DNA of 63,969 nucleotides, counting the filler, from Candidatus Rokuibacteriota bacterium (GTDB lineage Bacteria > JAUVQV01 > DATDCY01), in the NCBI GenBank assembly GCA_031406795.1. It is 6 parts of 6 records of this genome, joined end to end, with 100 filler letters (N's around TTAATTAATTAA, not from the genome) between each part and the next. Parts side by side here need not be neighbours in the genome. Positions count along the whole stretch, not along the records: positions 16,836 to 45,383 come from JANOHV010000071.1; 5 more parts are not named here. One strand, given 5' to 3'. Made by a program: the position numbers and the translations under genes. The notes beneath the pieces are model-generated. The model did not search any database and was not told the origin of the DNA. It saw only the letters and a list, made by a program, of their open reading frames with translations. Positions 30,774 to 42,900 of this stretch are shown piece by piece (position 1 is the first letter of the stretch; the number at the start of each line of letters is the position of its first letter).

Positions 30774-33196
30774 CAGACCCCCGCCTTCACATGGAAGACG
30801 ATGCGGCCGTCTTCCAGCGCGGCGAGGAGCTCTTCGGTTCCCCGGAAGTCGTGGCGCAAAAGTTCCATGGCCAGCGGGTCCTCGATGTGCGTCTGGATGG
30901 CGCGACGCAGGTGCCGGGCCCCGTAGGCGGGGTCGAACCCCTTCTCGATGAGCCACTCGGTCGCCGCGGGCTCCAGGCGCAGCGCGAAGCCCTTCTCGGC
31001 CAGCTGGACGTTGAGCTGGCCGATCTGCAATTCGACGATCTGGCGGATGTGCTCCCGCGTGAGCGTGTGGAAGATCACGATGTCGTCGATCCGGTTGATG
31101 AACTCGGGGTTGAAGGTCTTCTTGACCTCGTCCATGACCTGGGAGCGCGCCTTGACGTTCTCGCAGCCCTCCGGTCCGCAGGCGAAGCCGAGACCGGCGC
31201 CGCCCCGGTGCAGGTCGCGGGTGCCGAGGTTCGAGGTGATGATCAGCACCACGTTGCGGAACGAAACGGTGCGACCGTAGCTGTCGGTGAGCTGCCCGCC
31301 GTCGAGCACCTGTAGCAAAATATTAAAAACGTCCGGGTGCGCCTTCTCGATCTCGTCGAAGAGCACGATGCTGTAGGGGCGCCGGCGCACCTGTTCGGTG
31401 AGCTGCCCGCCCTCCTCGAAACCGACGTACCCCGGCGGGGCCCCGGTCAGCCGCGAGACGTTGAACTTCTCCATGTACTCCGACATGTCGAGGCGGATCA
31501 GTGCGCGCTCGTCGTTGAAGAGCACCCCGGCGAGCGCCCGCGCCAGCTCGGTCTTGCCGACGCCGGTGGGGCCGAGGAAGATGAACGAGCCGATCGGTTT
31601 GTTCTGCGGTTTGAGGCCGACGCGCGAGCGGCGGATCGCCCGCACGACCGCGGTCACCGCCTCGTCCTGGCCGACGATCCGTTTGTGCAGCTCCTCCTCC
31701 ATGCGCAGCAGCCGCTCGGTCTCGCGCTCCTCGATGCGGACCGTCGGGATGCCGGTCATCTTGGAGACGATGTAGGCGATGTCGTCCTCGCCGAGGCGCG
31801 GCACGATCTCGTCCTGCTTCTTCTCCCAGGCGGCGCGGGCGGTTTCCAGCTCGATCTTGAGACGGCCCTCGGTGTCGCGCAGGCGCGCCGCCTTCTCGTA
31901 GTCCTGCAGCCGGATCGCGGTGACCTTGTCGGCGGTGACCCCCTCGATTTCCAGCTCGCGGCGGCGCAGCTCGGGCGGCAGGGTGATCTCCTTGAGCCGC
32001 GCGCGCGAGCCGGCCTCGTCGATGACGTCGATGGCCTTGTCGGGCAGGTGGCGGTCCGTGATGTAGCGGTCCGCGAGGCGCGCCGCGGCGAGGATGGCCT
32101 CGTCCGAGATGCTGATGTGGTGGTGCGCCTCGTAGCGCGATTTGAGCCCCTGGATGATCTGCACCGTCTGGTCGACCGTCGGCGGCTGCACCAGAACCGT
32201 CTGGAAGCGTCGCTCGAGGGCGCCGTCCTTCTCGATGTGCTTGCGGTACTCGTTGAGGGTCGTCGCGCCGATGCACTGCAGCTCGCCGCGCGAGAGCGCC
32301 GGCTTGAGCATCGAGGAGGCGTCGATCGAGCCCTCGGCCGCGCCGGCGCCGACCAGCGTGTGGATCTCGTCGATGAAGATCACGACGTTCGGGGTCTCGG
32401 TGATCTCCTTCATGATCGTCTTGAGCCGCTCCTCGAACTGGCCGCGGTACTTGGTGCCGGCGACCAGGGACCCGAGGTCGAGCTGCACGATGCGCTTGCC
32501 GAGCAGCGTCTTGGGCACCTGCCCGGAGACGATGCGCTGGGCGAGGCCTTCGGCGATCGCGGTCTTGCCGACCCCCGGCTCGCCGATGAGCACCGGGTTG
32601 TTCTTCGTGCGGCGCGAGAGGATCTGGATGACGCGCTCGATCTCGTCGGCCCGGCCGATCACCGGGTCGAGCTTGGACTCCCTCGCGAGCTTGGTCAGAT
32701 CGCGGGAGAACTCGTTGAGCAGCGGCGTCTCCTTCTTCTCCTCCTTCGCCTTGGGGGAGGAGATCTTGAGCAGCGAGATCGTCTCCTTGCGCAGCATCGT
32801 CAGCGAGAGGCCGAAACTCTTGAGCACCTGGGCGGCGATGCCCGAGTCCTCCTTGACCAGGCCGAGCAGCAGGTGCTCGGTGCCGATGTAGTTCTGGCCG
32901 AGCAGACGCGCCTCCTCGACGGAGAGTTCGAGCACCTTCTTCGCCTGGGGCGAAAAGGGGATTTCGCCGAGCGTCAGCACATTCTCCGTGGGCGGCATCC
33001 GCGCCACGAGTTCGGCCTCGAGCTGCTTTTGCGAGAACTCCAGCGTCTTGAGCACCGCGATGGCGGTCCCGGTCCCCTCCCGGACGATGCCGAGCAGCAG
33101 ATGCTCGGTGCCGAGGTATTCGTGCTGATATTTTTCGGCCTCGCCCCGCGCGAGGATGATCACCCGTCGGGCGCGTTCGGTGAAACGCTCAAACAT
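30773..33196 (-). CDS. clpC: ATP-dependent Clp protease ATPase ClpC
   Basis: [13 protein letters not shown], two AAA modules ([16 protein letters not shown]), UVR-like linker. Confidence 0.95.
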   Translation of the reverse strand: MFERFTERARRVIILARGEAEKYQHEYLGTEHLLLGIVREGTGTAIAVLKTLEFSQKQLEAELVARMPPTENVLTLGEIPFSPQAKKVLELSVEEARLLGQNYIGTEHLLLGLVKEDSGIAAQVLKSFGLSLTMLRKETISLLKISSPKAKEEKKETPLLNEFSRDLTKLARESKLDPVIGRADEIERVIQILSRRTKNNPVLIGEPGVGKTAIAEGLAQRIVSGQVPKTLLGKRIVQLDLGSLVAGTKYRGQFEERLKTIMKEITETPNVVIFIDEIHTLVGAGAAEGSIDASSMLKPALSRGELQCIGATTLNEYRKHIEKDGALERRFQTVLVQPPTVDQTVQIIQGLKSRYEAHHHISISDEAILAAARLADRYITDRHLPDKAIDVIDEAGSRARLKEITLPPELRRRELEIEGVTADKVTAIRLQDYEKAARLRDTEGRLKIELETARAAWEKKQDEIVPRLGEDDIAYIVSKMTGIPTVRIEERETERLLRMEEELHKRIVGQDEAVTAVVRAIRRSRVGLKPQNKPIGSFIFLGPTGVGKTELARALAGVLFNDERALIRLDMSEYMEKFNVSRLTGAPPGYVGFEEGGQLTEQVRRRPYSIVLFDEIEKAHPDVFNILLQVLDGGQLTDSYGRTVSFRNVVLIITSNLGTRDLHRGGAGLGFACGPEGCENVKARSQVMDEVKKTFNPEFINRIDDIVIFHTLTREHIRQIVELQIGQLNVQLAEKGFALRLEPAATEWLIEKGFDPAYGARHLRRAIQTHIEDPLAMELLRHDFRGTEELLAALEDGRIVFHVKAGV

Positions 33197-33393
33197 GGTT
33201 GCCCCTTCTCCTTGTAAATGCAGAGGATTATCCGCTAGATAGCCTCGTTTTGTCAATAAACACTTTCATCCCCCCTCTCGATTTGAGTCTGCAGGACCGG
33301 AAAAGTTCCGGGAATCTTGACGGCGCGGGGAGTTCCCTGCTACAAACCGTCATCTCAGCGCGATCCGAACGGGAGAAAGGAGTCCACGCCGTG

Positions 33394-34335
33394 ATGTTTC
33401 AGGACGTCATTCTCACCCTCGAGGCCTACTGGGCCAGCCGGGGGTGCGTCATCCACCAGCCCTTCGACAGCGAAGTCGGCGCGGGTACCTTTCACCCGGC
33501 GACGTTCCTGCGCGCGCTCGGCCCCGAGCCCTGGCGGACCGCCTACGTGCAGCCCTCGCGGCGACCGACCGACGGGCGCTACGGCGAGAACCCGAACCGG
33601 CTGCAGCATTACTACCAGTACCAGGTGCTCATCAAACCCTCGCCCGCGGACATCCAGGAGCAGTACCTCGGCAGCCTCTACGCGCTGGGAATCGACCCGA
33701 AGGTGCACGACATCCGTTTTGTCGAGGACGACTGGGAGTCCCCGACGCTCGGCGCCTGGGGGCTCGGCTGGGAGGTCTGGCTCGACGGGATGGAGGTGAC
33801 GCAGTTCACCTACTTCCAGCAGGCCGGGGGAATCGACTGCAAACCCGTGAGCGTCGAGCTGACCTACGGCCTGGAGCGCCTCACGATGTACCTGCAGGGC
33901 GTGGACAACGTCTATGACTTGGTCTGGGCGCCCGGCGTTCGCTACGGCGACGTCCACCACCGCCAGGAGGTCGAGGGTTCGACCTACAACTTCAAGCAGA
34001 GCGACCCCGAGATGCTCTTCGCGCTCTTCGCCGCCTACGAGAAGGAGTGTCTGAGGCTCGTCGGCCAGGGGCTCGTCCAGCCGGGATACGAGTACTGCCT
34101 GAAGTGCTCGCACGCCTTCAACCTGCTCGACGCGCGCGGGGCAATCAGCGTCACCGAGCGCACCGGGTACATCAAACGGGTGCGCCGGCTGGCGCGCGCC
34201 TCGGCCGAGGCCCACTTGAGCCTGCGCGAGTCCCTGGGCTTCCCGCTGCTCACGGACATCGCGGCGCGGCCGTCCTTCGGCTCCTCTCCCGGGCAATCGA
34301 CCGTCGTCCCGCCGGGCGACAAGAGCGCCGGGTGA
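33394..34335 (+). CDS. glyQ: Glycine-tRNA ligase alpha subunit
   Basis: [39 protein letters not shown]. Confidence 0.97.
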   Translation: MFQDVILTLEAYWASRGCVIHQPFDSEVGAGTFHPATFLRALGPEPWRTAYVQPSRRPTDGRYGENPNRLQHYYQYQVLIKPSPADIQEQYLGSLYALGIDPKVHDIRFVEDDWESPTLGAWGLGWEVWLDGMEVTQFTYFQQAGGIDCKPVSVELTYGLERLTMYLQGVDNVYDLVWAPGVRYGDVHHRQEVEGSTYNFKQSDPEMLFALFAAYEKECLRLVGQGLVQPGYEYCLKCSHAFNLLDARGAISVTERTGYIKRVRRLARASAEAHLSLRESLGFPLLTDIAARPSFGSSPGQSTVVPPGDKSAG

Positions 34336-34348
34336 GGGGGGGGCGAAG

Positions 34349-36424
34349 ATGAGCGCGGTCATGGACCTGCTGATCGAGATCGGCACCGAAGAGATTCCCG
34401 CCCGGTTCATACCCCGGGCGCTGGACGAACTGGCCGCCGCGGCGCGCGCCTCCCTGGAAAGCCGGCGGCTCGCTCACGGCCCGGTGAGCACCTTCGGGAC
34501 CCCGCGTCGCCTCGTCCTGGCGGTGACGGGCATCGTCGCGCTGCAGCCAGATCTGGTGAGCGAAGTCACCGGCCCGCCCAGGAAGGCGGCCTACGGTCCG
34601 GATGGCGCCCTGACGAAGGCCGGCGCGGGCTTCGCGAAGGGCCAGGGGGTCGACCCGACGGACCTGTTCGTCAAGGAGACGCCGAAGGGGGAGTACCTCG
34701 CCGCGATCAGGCGCGAAGCGGGGCGCCCGTCCGCCGAGATCCTTCGGGAGGAGATTCCCGGCTGGATCCTCGGCCTGCGTTTCCAGAAGTCGATGCGGTG
34801 GGGAGAAGGCGAGCTGCGGTTCGTGCGCCCGCTGCACTGGGTGCTGGCGCTGTTCGGGGGCGAGGTCCTCGAGTTCGACCTCGAGGGGCTCAAGAGCGGC
34901 AATCGCACGCGCGGCCACCGCTTTCTCGCTCCCGCGGAGTTCGAGGTCCGCGACCTGGCCGACTACCTCGCGAAGATCCGTGAGGCCCGGGTCATTGTGG
35001 ATCCTGCCGAGCGGCGCGAGTCGATCCGCCGGCAGGTCGAGGAGGCCGGGCGGACCCGGGGCGGCGCGGCCGTCGTCGACGAGGAGCTGCTCGAGCACGT
35101 GACGAACCTCGTCGAGTGGCCGGTGGCGGTCTGCGGGGGCTTCGAACCGGCGTTCCTCGCCGTGCCGCCCGAGGTCCTGGTCACGGCGATGAAGTCGCAC
35201 CAGAAGTACTTCACCATCGTGGACGCGCACGGCGCGCTGCTGCCCTGGTTCATCACGATTTCGAACATGCAGGCCGCCGACATGGGGCAGATCCGCGCCG
35301 GCAACGAGCGGGTGCTGCGCGCCCGGCTCGCCGATGCGCGCTTCTTCTGGGAGCAGGATTTGAAGATCCCGCTGCGCGGCCGCGTCGCGGGTCTGGGCAG
35401 CGTCGTCTACCAGGAGCGGCTCGGCACCTACCTCGAGAAGGTCGAACGGATCAAGGAGCTGGCGCGCTGGCTGGCGCGCGAGGCCGACGGCGTTTCGGAA
35501 GCCGACGCCGAGCGGGCGGCCTTCCTCTGCAAGGCCGATCTGGCGACCGGCATGGTCGGCGAGTTCCCCGAGTTGCAGGGGGTCATGGGGCGGCACTACG
35601 CGCTGCACGCCGGCGAGAAGCCCGCGGTGGCCGAGGCGCTGCTCGAGGCCTACCTGCCGCGCTTCGCCGGGGACGCGCTGCCGCAAAGCGCGCTCGGGGC
35701 GGTTCTCTCCGTCGCCGACCGGATGGACACCATCTGCGGGATCTTCGGCATTGGCATGGCGCCGACCGGTTCGGAGGATCCCTATGCGCTGCGCCGCCAC
35801 ACGCTGGCGGTGATCAACATCCTCGGCGAGCGCGCCTGGCCGATCCACCTGCGGAGCCTGGTCGACTTCGCGATACTCGCGCTCTCCGGCAAACACACGC
35901 GCCCGCCCGAGCAGCTGCGCCTCGAAGTCCTGGAGTTCTTCCGCGGCCGCATCGAAAATCTGCACACGGCCGGGGGCTCGCCGGTGGACGTGGTCCGCGC
36001 CGTCCTGTCCGCCGGCTTCGACCGGCTCCCCGAGGTCAGGCGGCGCATCGAGGCGCTCGAGGAGATCCGACGGCGCGAGGACTTCGCGCCGCTCGCGGTG
36101 ACGTTCAAGCGCGTGGCGAACATCGTCCCGCCCGGGTTCGCCGGCGAAGTCGATCCCGCCCGGTGCGTCGAGGCGGTGGAGCGTGAGCTGGCGGAGGCGG
36201 TGGGCGCAGCCCGTGCCGACGTCGACGCCCTGGTGGCCCGGCACGACTACCGCGGCGCGCTGGGGAAGATCGCCGAGTTGCGCCCGGTGGTCGATCGCTT
36301 CTTCGACGGCGTCATGGTGCTGGCCGACGACCCGGACGTGCGCGCCAATCGCCTGTCGCTGCTGGCGGGGGTGGCGTCGTTGTTCGCGGATCTGGCGGAC
36401 TTCAGACTGCTCGGGTCCGGATAA
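34349..36424 (+). CDS. glyS: Glycine-tRNA ligase beta subunit
   Basis: LLIEIGTEEIPA, KSMRWG, EFPELQGVMG, GSEDPYALRR. Confidence 0.97.
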   Translation: MSAVMDLLIEIGTEEIPARFIPRALDELAAAARASLESRRLAHGPVSTFGTPRRLVLAVTGIVALQPDLVSEVTGPPRKAAYGPDGALTKAGAGFAKGQGVDPTDLFVKETPKGEYLAAIRREAGRPSAEILREEIPGWILGLRFQKSMRWGEGELRFVRPLHWVLALFGGEVLEFDLEGLKSGNRTRGHRFLAPAEFEVRDLADYLAKIREARVIVDPAERRESIRRQVEEAGRTRGGAAVVDEELLEHVTNLVEWPVAVCGGFEPAFLAVPPEVLVTAMKSHQKYFTIVDAHGALLPWFITISNMQAADMGQIRAGNERVLRARLADARFFWEQDLKIPLRGRVAGLGSVVYQERLGTYLEKVERIKELARWLAREADGVSEADAERAAFLCKADLATGMVGEFPELQGVMGRHYALHAGEKPAVAEALLEAYLPRFAGDALPQSALGAVLSVADRMDTICGIFGIGMAPTGSEDPYALRRHTLAVINILGERAWPIHLRSLVDFAILALSGKHTRPPEQLRLEVLEFFRGRIENLHTAGGSPVDVVRAVLSAGFDRLPEVRRRIEALEEIRRREDFAPLAVTFKRVANIVPPGFAGEVDPARCVEAVERELAEAVGAARADVDALVARHDYRGALGKIAELRPVVDRFFDGVMVLADDPDVRANRLSLLAGVASLFADLADFRLLGSG

Positions 36425-36469
36425 GGGCCGGCGACCGCCCGCCCGGGTTGCAGTCGCGACCTGACCTGT

Positions 36470-36951
36470 CTTGAGCGGCCTCGACCCGCCGGTTCACTTG
36501 GTACTTCGCGCACAAGCGCCGCGGCCGTGAGGCCATGAACGCCGCCGCCGTCCTCCCCGAGTTCCACGGCCGCGCCGGCCACAACTTCTGGGACCCTACG
36601 TTAAGTATGACTGCGACCACGCCTTCTGCAACGCGCACCTTTTGCGTGAACTGACCTTTCTGTGGGAGGAGCAGGAGCAGCGGTGGGCCAAGAGCATGAT
36701 CGAGCGCCTGCGGGACATCAAGGACGCGGTCGATGCCGCCCGAGACGCCGGTCTGCCGCATCTGCGGTTTCGTCTCCACAGCCAGGAAGAACGGCATCAA
36801 CGCCCTCGACGCATTACGCCGCGTCTTCCTCGCCGATCCCCTCATCCCGATGCACAACACCACGTAGTCCTCAGCCAACCGCCGGTGTTGGCAACTCCGT
36901 CCCAGTTATCTCGGGACGCTTCCCGGGGCGGGATACCTCCTGAATAGTTAC
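36470..36951 (+). mobile_element. IS66-family transposase remnant with right terminal repeat
   Basis: Frameshifted and deleted fragments: HKRRGREAM..VLPEF.GRA.H.FW.P / Y.CDHAFCNAHLLREL / STARKNGINALDAL; ends CCTGAATAGTTAC (GTAAC-type terminus). Confidence 0.85.
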
Positions 36952-36993
36952 GATCGGCGATCCTCGTTAGCCCGGGTAGGGCGCACCGCGTTC

Positions 36994-39900
36994 CTACTTG
37001 TAGACCTCCAGCTCCGACACGCTGTAGTAGGGGGAGCCGTTGGGAGCGGTGCAGTAGACCCGCACGAAGCGGGCGCTCACCGTTGCAAAGTTGGCATTGG
37101 TCACGCTCCCGTTGCTGGAGCTGGTCGAGTACCGCGTCGTCCAGAACGTGCCGCTGGTCGAGGTTTCAATCCGGAAGGCCCGGGCAAAGTAGGTCGCCGG
37201 CCAGAAGACCTTGACCTTCGAGATGCTGGTGCTCGATCCCAGGTCGACTTGCACCCATTGGGCTTTGGATGACTTGTCGCTCATCCAGGAGGTGGCGGTG
37301 CTGCCGTCGACCGCCTTGGCTGCGGTGTGGGAGGAGCCGCTTTGCGTCGAGGAGGCGCGGGCGGGCTGATTCAAGGCGAGGTTCACCGGCGCGGCGCTGA
37401 TCGCGACGGCGGCGGTGTCGGTGCTGGCGGCCCCGAGATTGTCGGTCACCGTCAGGGTCACGGTGTACGCGCCGGCGACAGCGTAGGTGTGCGTCGCGGA
37501 GACTCCGGCCCCGTCGATTGTGCCGTCGCCCCAGTTCCAGGAATAACTGACGATCATGCCGTCGGGGTCCGTGGAGGCCCCCGCCGAGAAGCTCAGCACC
37601 TGCCCGACCGTTCCCATGCGGTCGGGGCCCGCACTGGCCACCGGCGGGCTGTCGATCGTCACGCTGCCGAGGCTGTAGCTCGTGCGGGTGGTCGGCCCAT
37701 CCGTGATCGCGGCGTAGACCCAGTACCTGCCGGGCGGGAGCGCGGAGACGTCCCAGGCGTAGGCGTCATTGTCTCCGCTGTCGGGGTCTTCCGCCAGAGC
37801 GTTGGCGATCGGCGTCCCATCCTCCCCCGCGCTGTCGGAGTCGTAGTAGAGCGAGACAGCGGCGTTCGAGTCGGGGTCGGCATCCACCCACCGGATTTCG
37901 AAGCTGCCTCCGGCCAGCGCGTAGTCGGCCGCCGGCTCGGTGACCGTGATCGACGGCGGGTCGTCGATTCCGTTGTTGTTCACGAAGAAGCGACTGGGCG
38001 CGCTCCACGGCCCGGCAAGCCCGTGCTCATCGATCGCCGCGGCGCGCCAGGTGTACCAGACGTTGTCCGGAAGGCTCTCGCTGCAAACCCAGAAGGCCTC
38101 CGGAGTCTGTGCTTGCGCCAGCGGCATCAGGGGCGGATCACCGTAGATCTCGTAGACGTACGCGATCGCGTCCCGGTCCGCATCGGTTGCCGAAGACACG
38201 TCCAAGCGCGGCGTGACCGAGTCCGCCCAGGATTCCGCCCCGGGGTTGAGCGGCGTCACGGCCGAGGGGGCATCGTTGGCCGTGTTCGTGAAGAAGGCGC
38301 GCTTGGCCCAGTCGCTGTCGACGAGCCCGTCGCTTGCTTTGACCCGCCAGTGATACAGCGTGTTGTCGGCCAGGTCCGCGAGGGCCCACGCGGTGGTCCC
38401 GATTCCCGCGCCGAGCCAGCCGGAGCTCCTCCACGCGGGGCCGTCGAACGTCTCGACGGCATCCAGCTCGAAGAGGTAGCTGATCGGGTCGGCCTCCGGA
38501 TCAGCGGCGTTGAGCACCGTCAGATCGGCGGCCAGGGCCGCCAGCTCTTCGCCCTCCGCCGGCGAGCTCGGCTGCGGGGTGCCGGGCGGCTCGTTGGCCA
38601 GGTTGACGAAGAAGGCGGCCGCACCCGTTTCCGTGGCGGCGCCGTGCGCGTCCGAGACCACGGCCTTCCAGAAATACCAGGTGTTGTCGGACAGCGGCGG
38701 GTCCGCGATCCAGGTGGTCGTGCCTCCCGCGCCCGCCGACAGGCCGGTGACCGAGGCGGCGTGCTGCGTGAGACCTTCATCGGAGTACACGAGGAAGGAG
38801 TAGCTGAGCGCATCCCCGTCCAGGTCGCTGCTGTTGGTCACCGCCAGCTCGGGGGCCAGGGCGGCCACGTCGGCGCCGTGCTGCGGGGCGCTGACGAGGA
38901 AGGGCGCGGGCGGGTCGTTGGCGGTGTTGACGAAGAAGGAGGCCGCCTCGGCCCAATCGGAGCAGCCGCCGCGGCCGTCGCAGGCGCGCGCGCGCCACCA
39001 GTGCCACGCGTTGTCGGGCAGGTCGGCGCCCACCGTCCAGGAGGTGATGGCTTCGCCCGCGGGAACGGAGGGCGAACTGAGCAGAAGCTGCTGCATCCCG
39101 GCGTCGGCGTAGACCTCGTACTCGCACACGAGCGCGTCCCCGTCGGGATCGACGCTGTTCTCCACCGCGAGCTCCGGCTGCAGTGTCTGCACTTGTGTCT
39201 GTGTCCTTGGGGCGAGGAGCACCGGCACCGTGGGCGCGCGGTTGACCCCAACGACGACCGTTGTCCCGATTGACGCCGAGGCCGTGTGGCCGGCGCCATC
39301 CATGGCGGTGGCGGTGAAGCTCACCGGTCCGTCCGTGAGGCCTGAGACCGCGCATGCCCACGTGCCGGAAGATGGGTAGCTCACTTGTCCGAAACTCGCC
39401 GGCTGGTCCGTCGCCAGGGTCACGGTGGCGCCGGCTTCCATGCTCCCCATCAAGGTCGCGGCAGCCTGCCGCCAGGGATCCGACAATGGATCGATGCTCA
39501 CTGCAGGGGGCACCGTGTCGATGACATAGGCGGCGCTGTCCTCGGCGCTCTGGTTGCCGGCGGCGTCGACCGCGATCCAGCGCAGGGTGAGCGATTCGCT
39601 CACTACGATCGGTCCCCCGTAGCTCGGCGAGGACGGAATGGGCGCCGAGCCATCCACTGTCGCATAGATTGTCGCGGGCTCGTCTGCCGAGAGCGTCACC
39701 GATTGCGCCGCTCCGTACGTCCCGCCGCGCGGCGCGGCCGACACGCTTGGCGCCGTTCGATCGATGATCAATGGTCCAGCGGCGTAGGCAAGCGCGGTGC
39801 CCCCGGCGTCCTGGATGGTAGCGTAAACATAAAACGTTCCATCACTCAGGGCTGACGTGTCCCACGTGTAGGCATTGGTCGGATCAGCCGCCGGCATGTC

Positions 39901-42900
39901 GGAGACGATCAGCTCCCCATCGAAACCCTGGGCGTCCCAATCCCGATAGAGCGAAATCATGCCGCTAGCTTCCGGAGTGGTTTCTGCCCAGGTGATCGTG
40001 AACGACGTGGCGTTGGTCGGCGGCGACATGCCCGCAGGTGAGGTAACTTCTATGCCGGGTTCGTCGGCGACGATCAGATGCACGATCGCGGGAGGGCTGT
40101 CTGCCAAACCGTCGTTCACGTGGTAGGTGAAGCTCACCGCTCCGTCGAGATTCGGGTCCGGCCGGAAGGCGCAGTCAGGAGGCATGAGACACTGAAGCGT
40201 TCCCCAGGAAGGTTCGGAGTCGACGGAGTACGTAAGCTCGTCGTTGTCGGCGTCAGTCCCCTGGAGTAGCACGGCAACCGAGTAATTCGGCCTCAGCCGG
40301 ATGGTGCGATCCGTCGCCACCGGCAGGGCGTTCGATGCCTTGACGGCGATGCTCACGAGCGCCGGTTCACTGACGCCAATCTCACCCGAGACCGTGAATG
40401 AGAAGGCGTCTTCGCCGGAATAGCCCGGCGCAGGTGAATAGGCCAAGGCCGGAGCTATTCCGGAGAGGGTGCCGTGATCCGGACCAGAAACGATGTTGAA
40501 TGCCAGATCGGGAGGAGTGCCGGCCTCCAGGAGGGCGGCCATGCTGCTTGCTGCTGGTGCCGAATGCGGGCTGAGAGCCGTCAGCAAGATTGGGTAATCC
40601 ACGGTGTTCTGCAGCATGGTTACGGCCACCGGCATACCGCGTAACTCATCGCAATCGGGAATCTGGTTGCCGTTATTGTCAACGTATGCGAACGGTCCAC
40701 CGAACGCCCCGAGATCCACCCTGCTCTTCGTCAGGTCGCACTCCTGCCATCGGTCGTCAGCCTTGGTCACAGGATCTGTGAAGGCAAAGCTTGCTCCCGC
40801 GTTTCGGGCGCAGGAACCCTGCCCGAGATGATAGTCAGGAGGACTGGAAGAGGTGTCCTTGAAATTCGGGGAGCAATCGAAATTATGAGAGACGTCGTTC
40901 TCGCCGTCACTGGTGCCTTCTTCCAAAACTCCGTTTCCATGGAGGTTTCGAAAGAAGTCGTTGTATTGGACGTTGAAGACGTGCACGTTGAAGAGGTCGA
41001 TCGCGTAGTCGTTGTCTTGAAAGATGTTGTTGAACACGCGAGTCTGTGCTGTATAGGAATTGCTGCCGTCAATTCCTTTCACGTTGCCTTTGAAGACGTT
41101 GTTGTAGATGCCGATGTAGGTTTCAGGAGCCCCTTGCTGTCCCATCGCCCCACCGACGTACACGCCGATGTTGTTCGCGATGAGGATGTTGTTCGAGATG
41201 AGGACGCCCTGATCGAAGAAGCATTCGATGCCGGTTCCTTGGCGGGAAGCGTCGCGTATCGTGAACCCGATGATGCGGCTGTCGTCCGCAGCATCGATCT
41301 GGATGCCGGCCTGCCCATCTATCGTCGTCTCCGCCGGCCCGCGTTCGCTCATGAGCGTGATCGCGGCGGGAGCATACGGTATGGTGTGTCTTCCGATGGT
41401 CAGCTGAGGCTCCGAGTAGTTGCCGGGTCCGACCATGACCGTCTTGATCAAACCGGAATTGGCCGCGGCCAAGGCGTCCCTGATGCTCGTGCCCGACCCC
41501 GACGGCCCGCCCGACTCGTGGACCCAGAGAGCGTTGAGGGGTTTCACGGTGACGGTGGCCGACGGTTCGCTCTCGTTGCCAATTTCGTCTTGCGCGGTCA
41601 GCCAAACGAAATAGATCTTGTCGTTCGTCAAAGGTGTCAACTCGTAGGAGGTCGCCGGTGCCGCTACCCAAACTCGGCTCGGGTTGTTCGAACCGATCGC
41701 GTAGTAGATCCAGTATCCGGCAAGATCGGCAATGGCAGTCCCGTTGGGGTTCGTGGGCGCCGTCCAGGCGATTTGCGCCTTGCCGTTGCCGCCCAACACC
41801 TTGGGATTGGTCGGCTTGGCCGGAGGCGTGGAATCAATCACGAATCCGCGCCACGTATCGTTCTCCGTGTTTGGGACACCGGTTGATATTTCGTCCTCAT
41901 TGATGTCCCAGACTCCGTTGTGATTGAGATCACCGAACGTGAGGTTCACCTCATTTCCATCCAGATCCGTCACTTCAAGCGCCAGCCAATACGGCCCATC
42001 AGGGAGCCTCCCACCCCCGCTGATTTCGCCCTTCCAGTTGTTTAGAGTGATTGTAGCCTCATACGGCAGATCCGTGCTGTTGGATGGTCCGGAGAGTGGG
42101 TAAAGCACATTGTTCCAGGCTTGACCATTGGCGATAATGACAGTCTCATCGCATTGCTGACCCGCTTCAACAGCTTTTATAGTGATCCGCACGGCACTGG
42201 TACGATTCTCAAGAATCTTAAAGGTGATGTTCGACCCATGAATCGGATCGATGATTAATGACAATCCGCTAATAGTAGGTATCGTGAGATTGCGAACCAA
42301 CGGCGGCAAGGACCGGGATATAGCCAATAGCGCTCCCGCACCGTACCCCTCCGAGGCCCCAAGAAGCAGCCGTATTGTTTCCTTCTGTTCGTTAGTTGTC
42401 ATGGGCCATGTGGAATGAAATCGATCCGAACTGCCACAGGTCTCTGCGTAGTAGCCCTTCAACAACCGCTTATCAGGTTCGCCATACCAATAGCCACAAT
42501 TGCCCTTGTTATTGTAGTACCCGCGCCACGATGAGTAGTCTCCGGCAGTATTGTCCAATGTGAACTGGTTCAGCTTGTCGTAATTCTCACCCACCTCCTT
42601 GATTGGATCTCTAAACAAAATCTGTGGGTTAATATTGGGATAGAACAGATGAGCAATCTGCTCCATATTGTCCCTCGCCCCCGTCCATCCGTGCGGAATA
42701 TTGTATGCATGAGCTGGAACTCCCATATCCTCCGTGAGATGCGCCATGAGAGCGACATAGTAGTAGGCGCCGGGCTTCTCAGTCGATAATGGATCGCCGG
42801 GTCCAGAAAACTTGAAATAACGATATTGCTCCAACGCATAGCGCCACCATTGCATGATCGGCCCATCGTTTCGTTTCCCATCATTCGCATGCGCTCTTTC

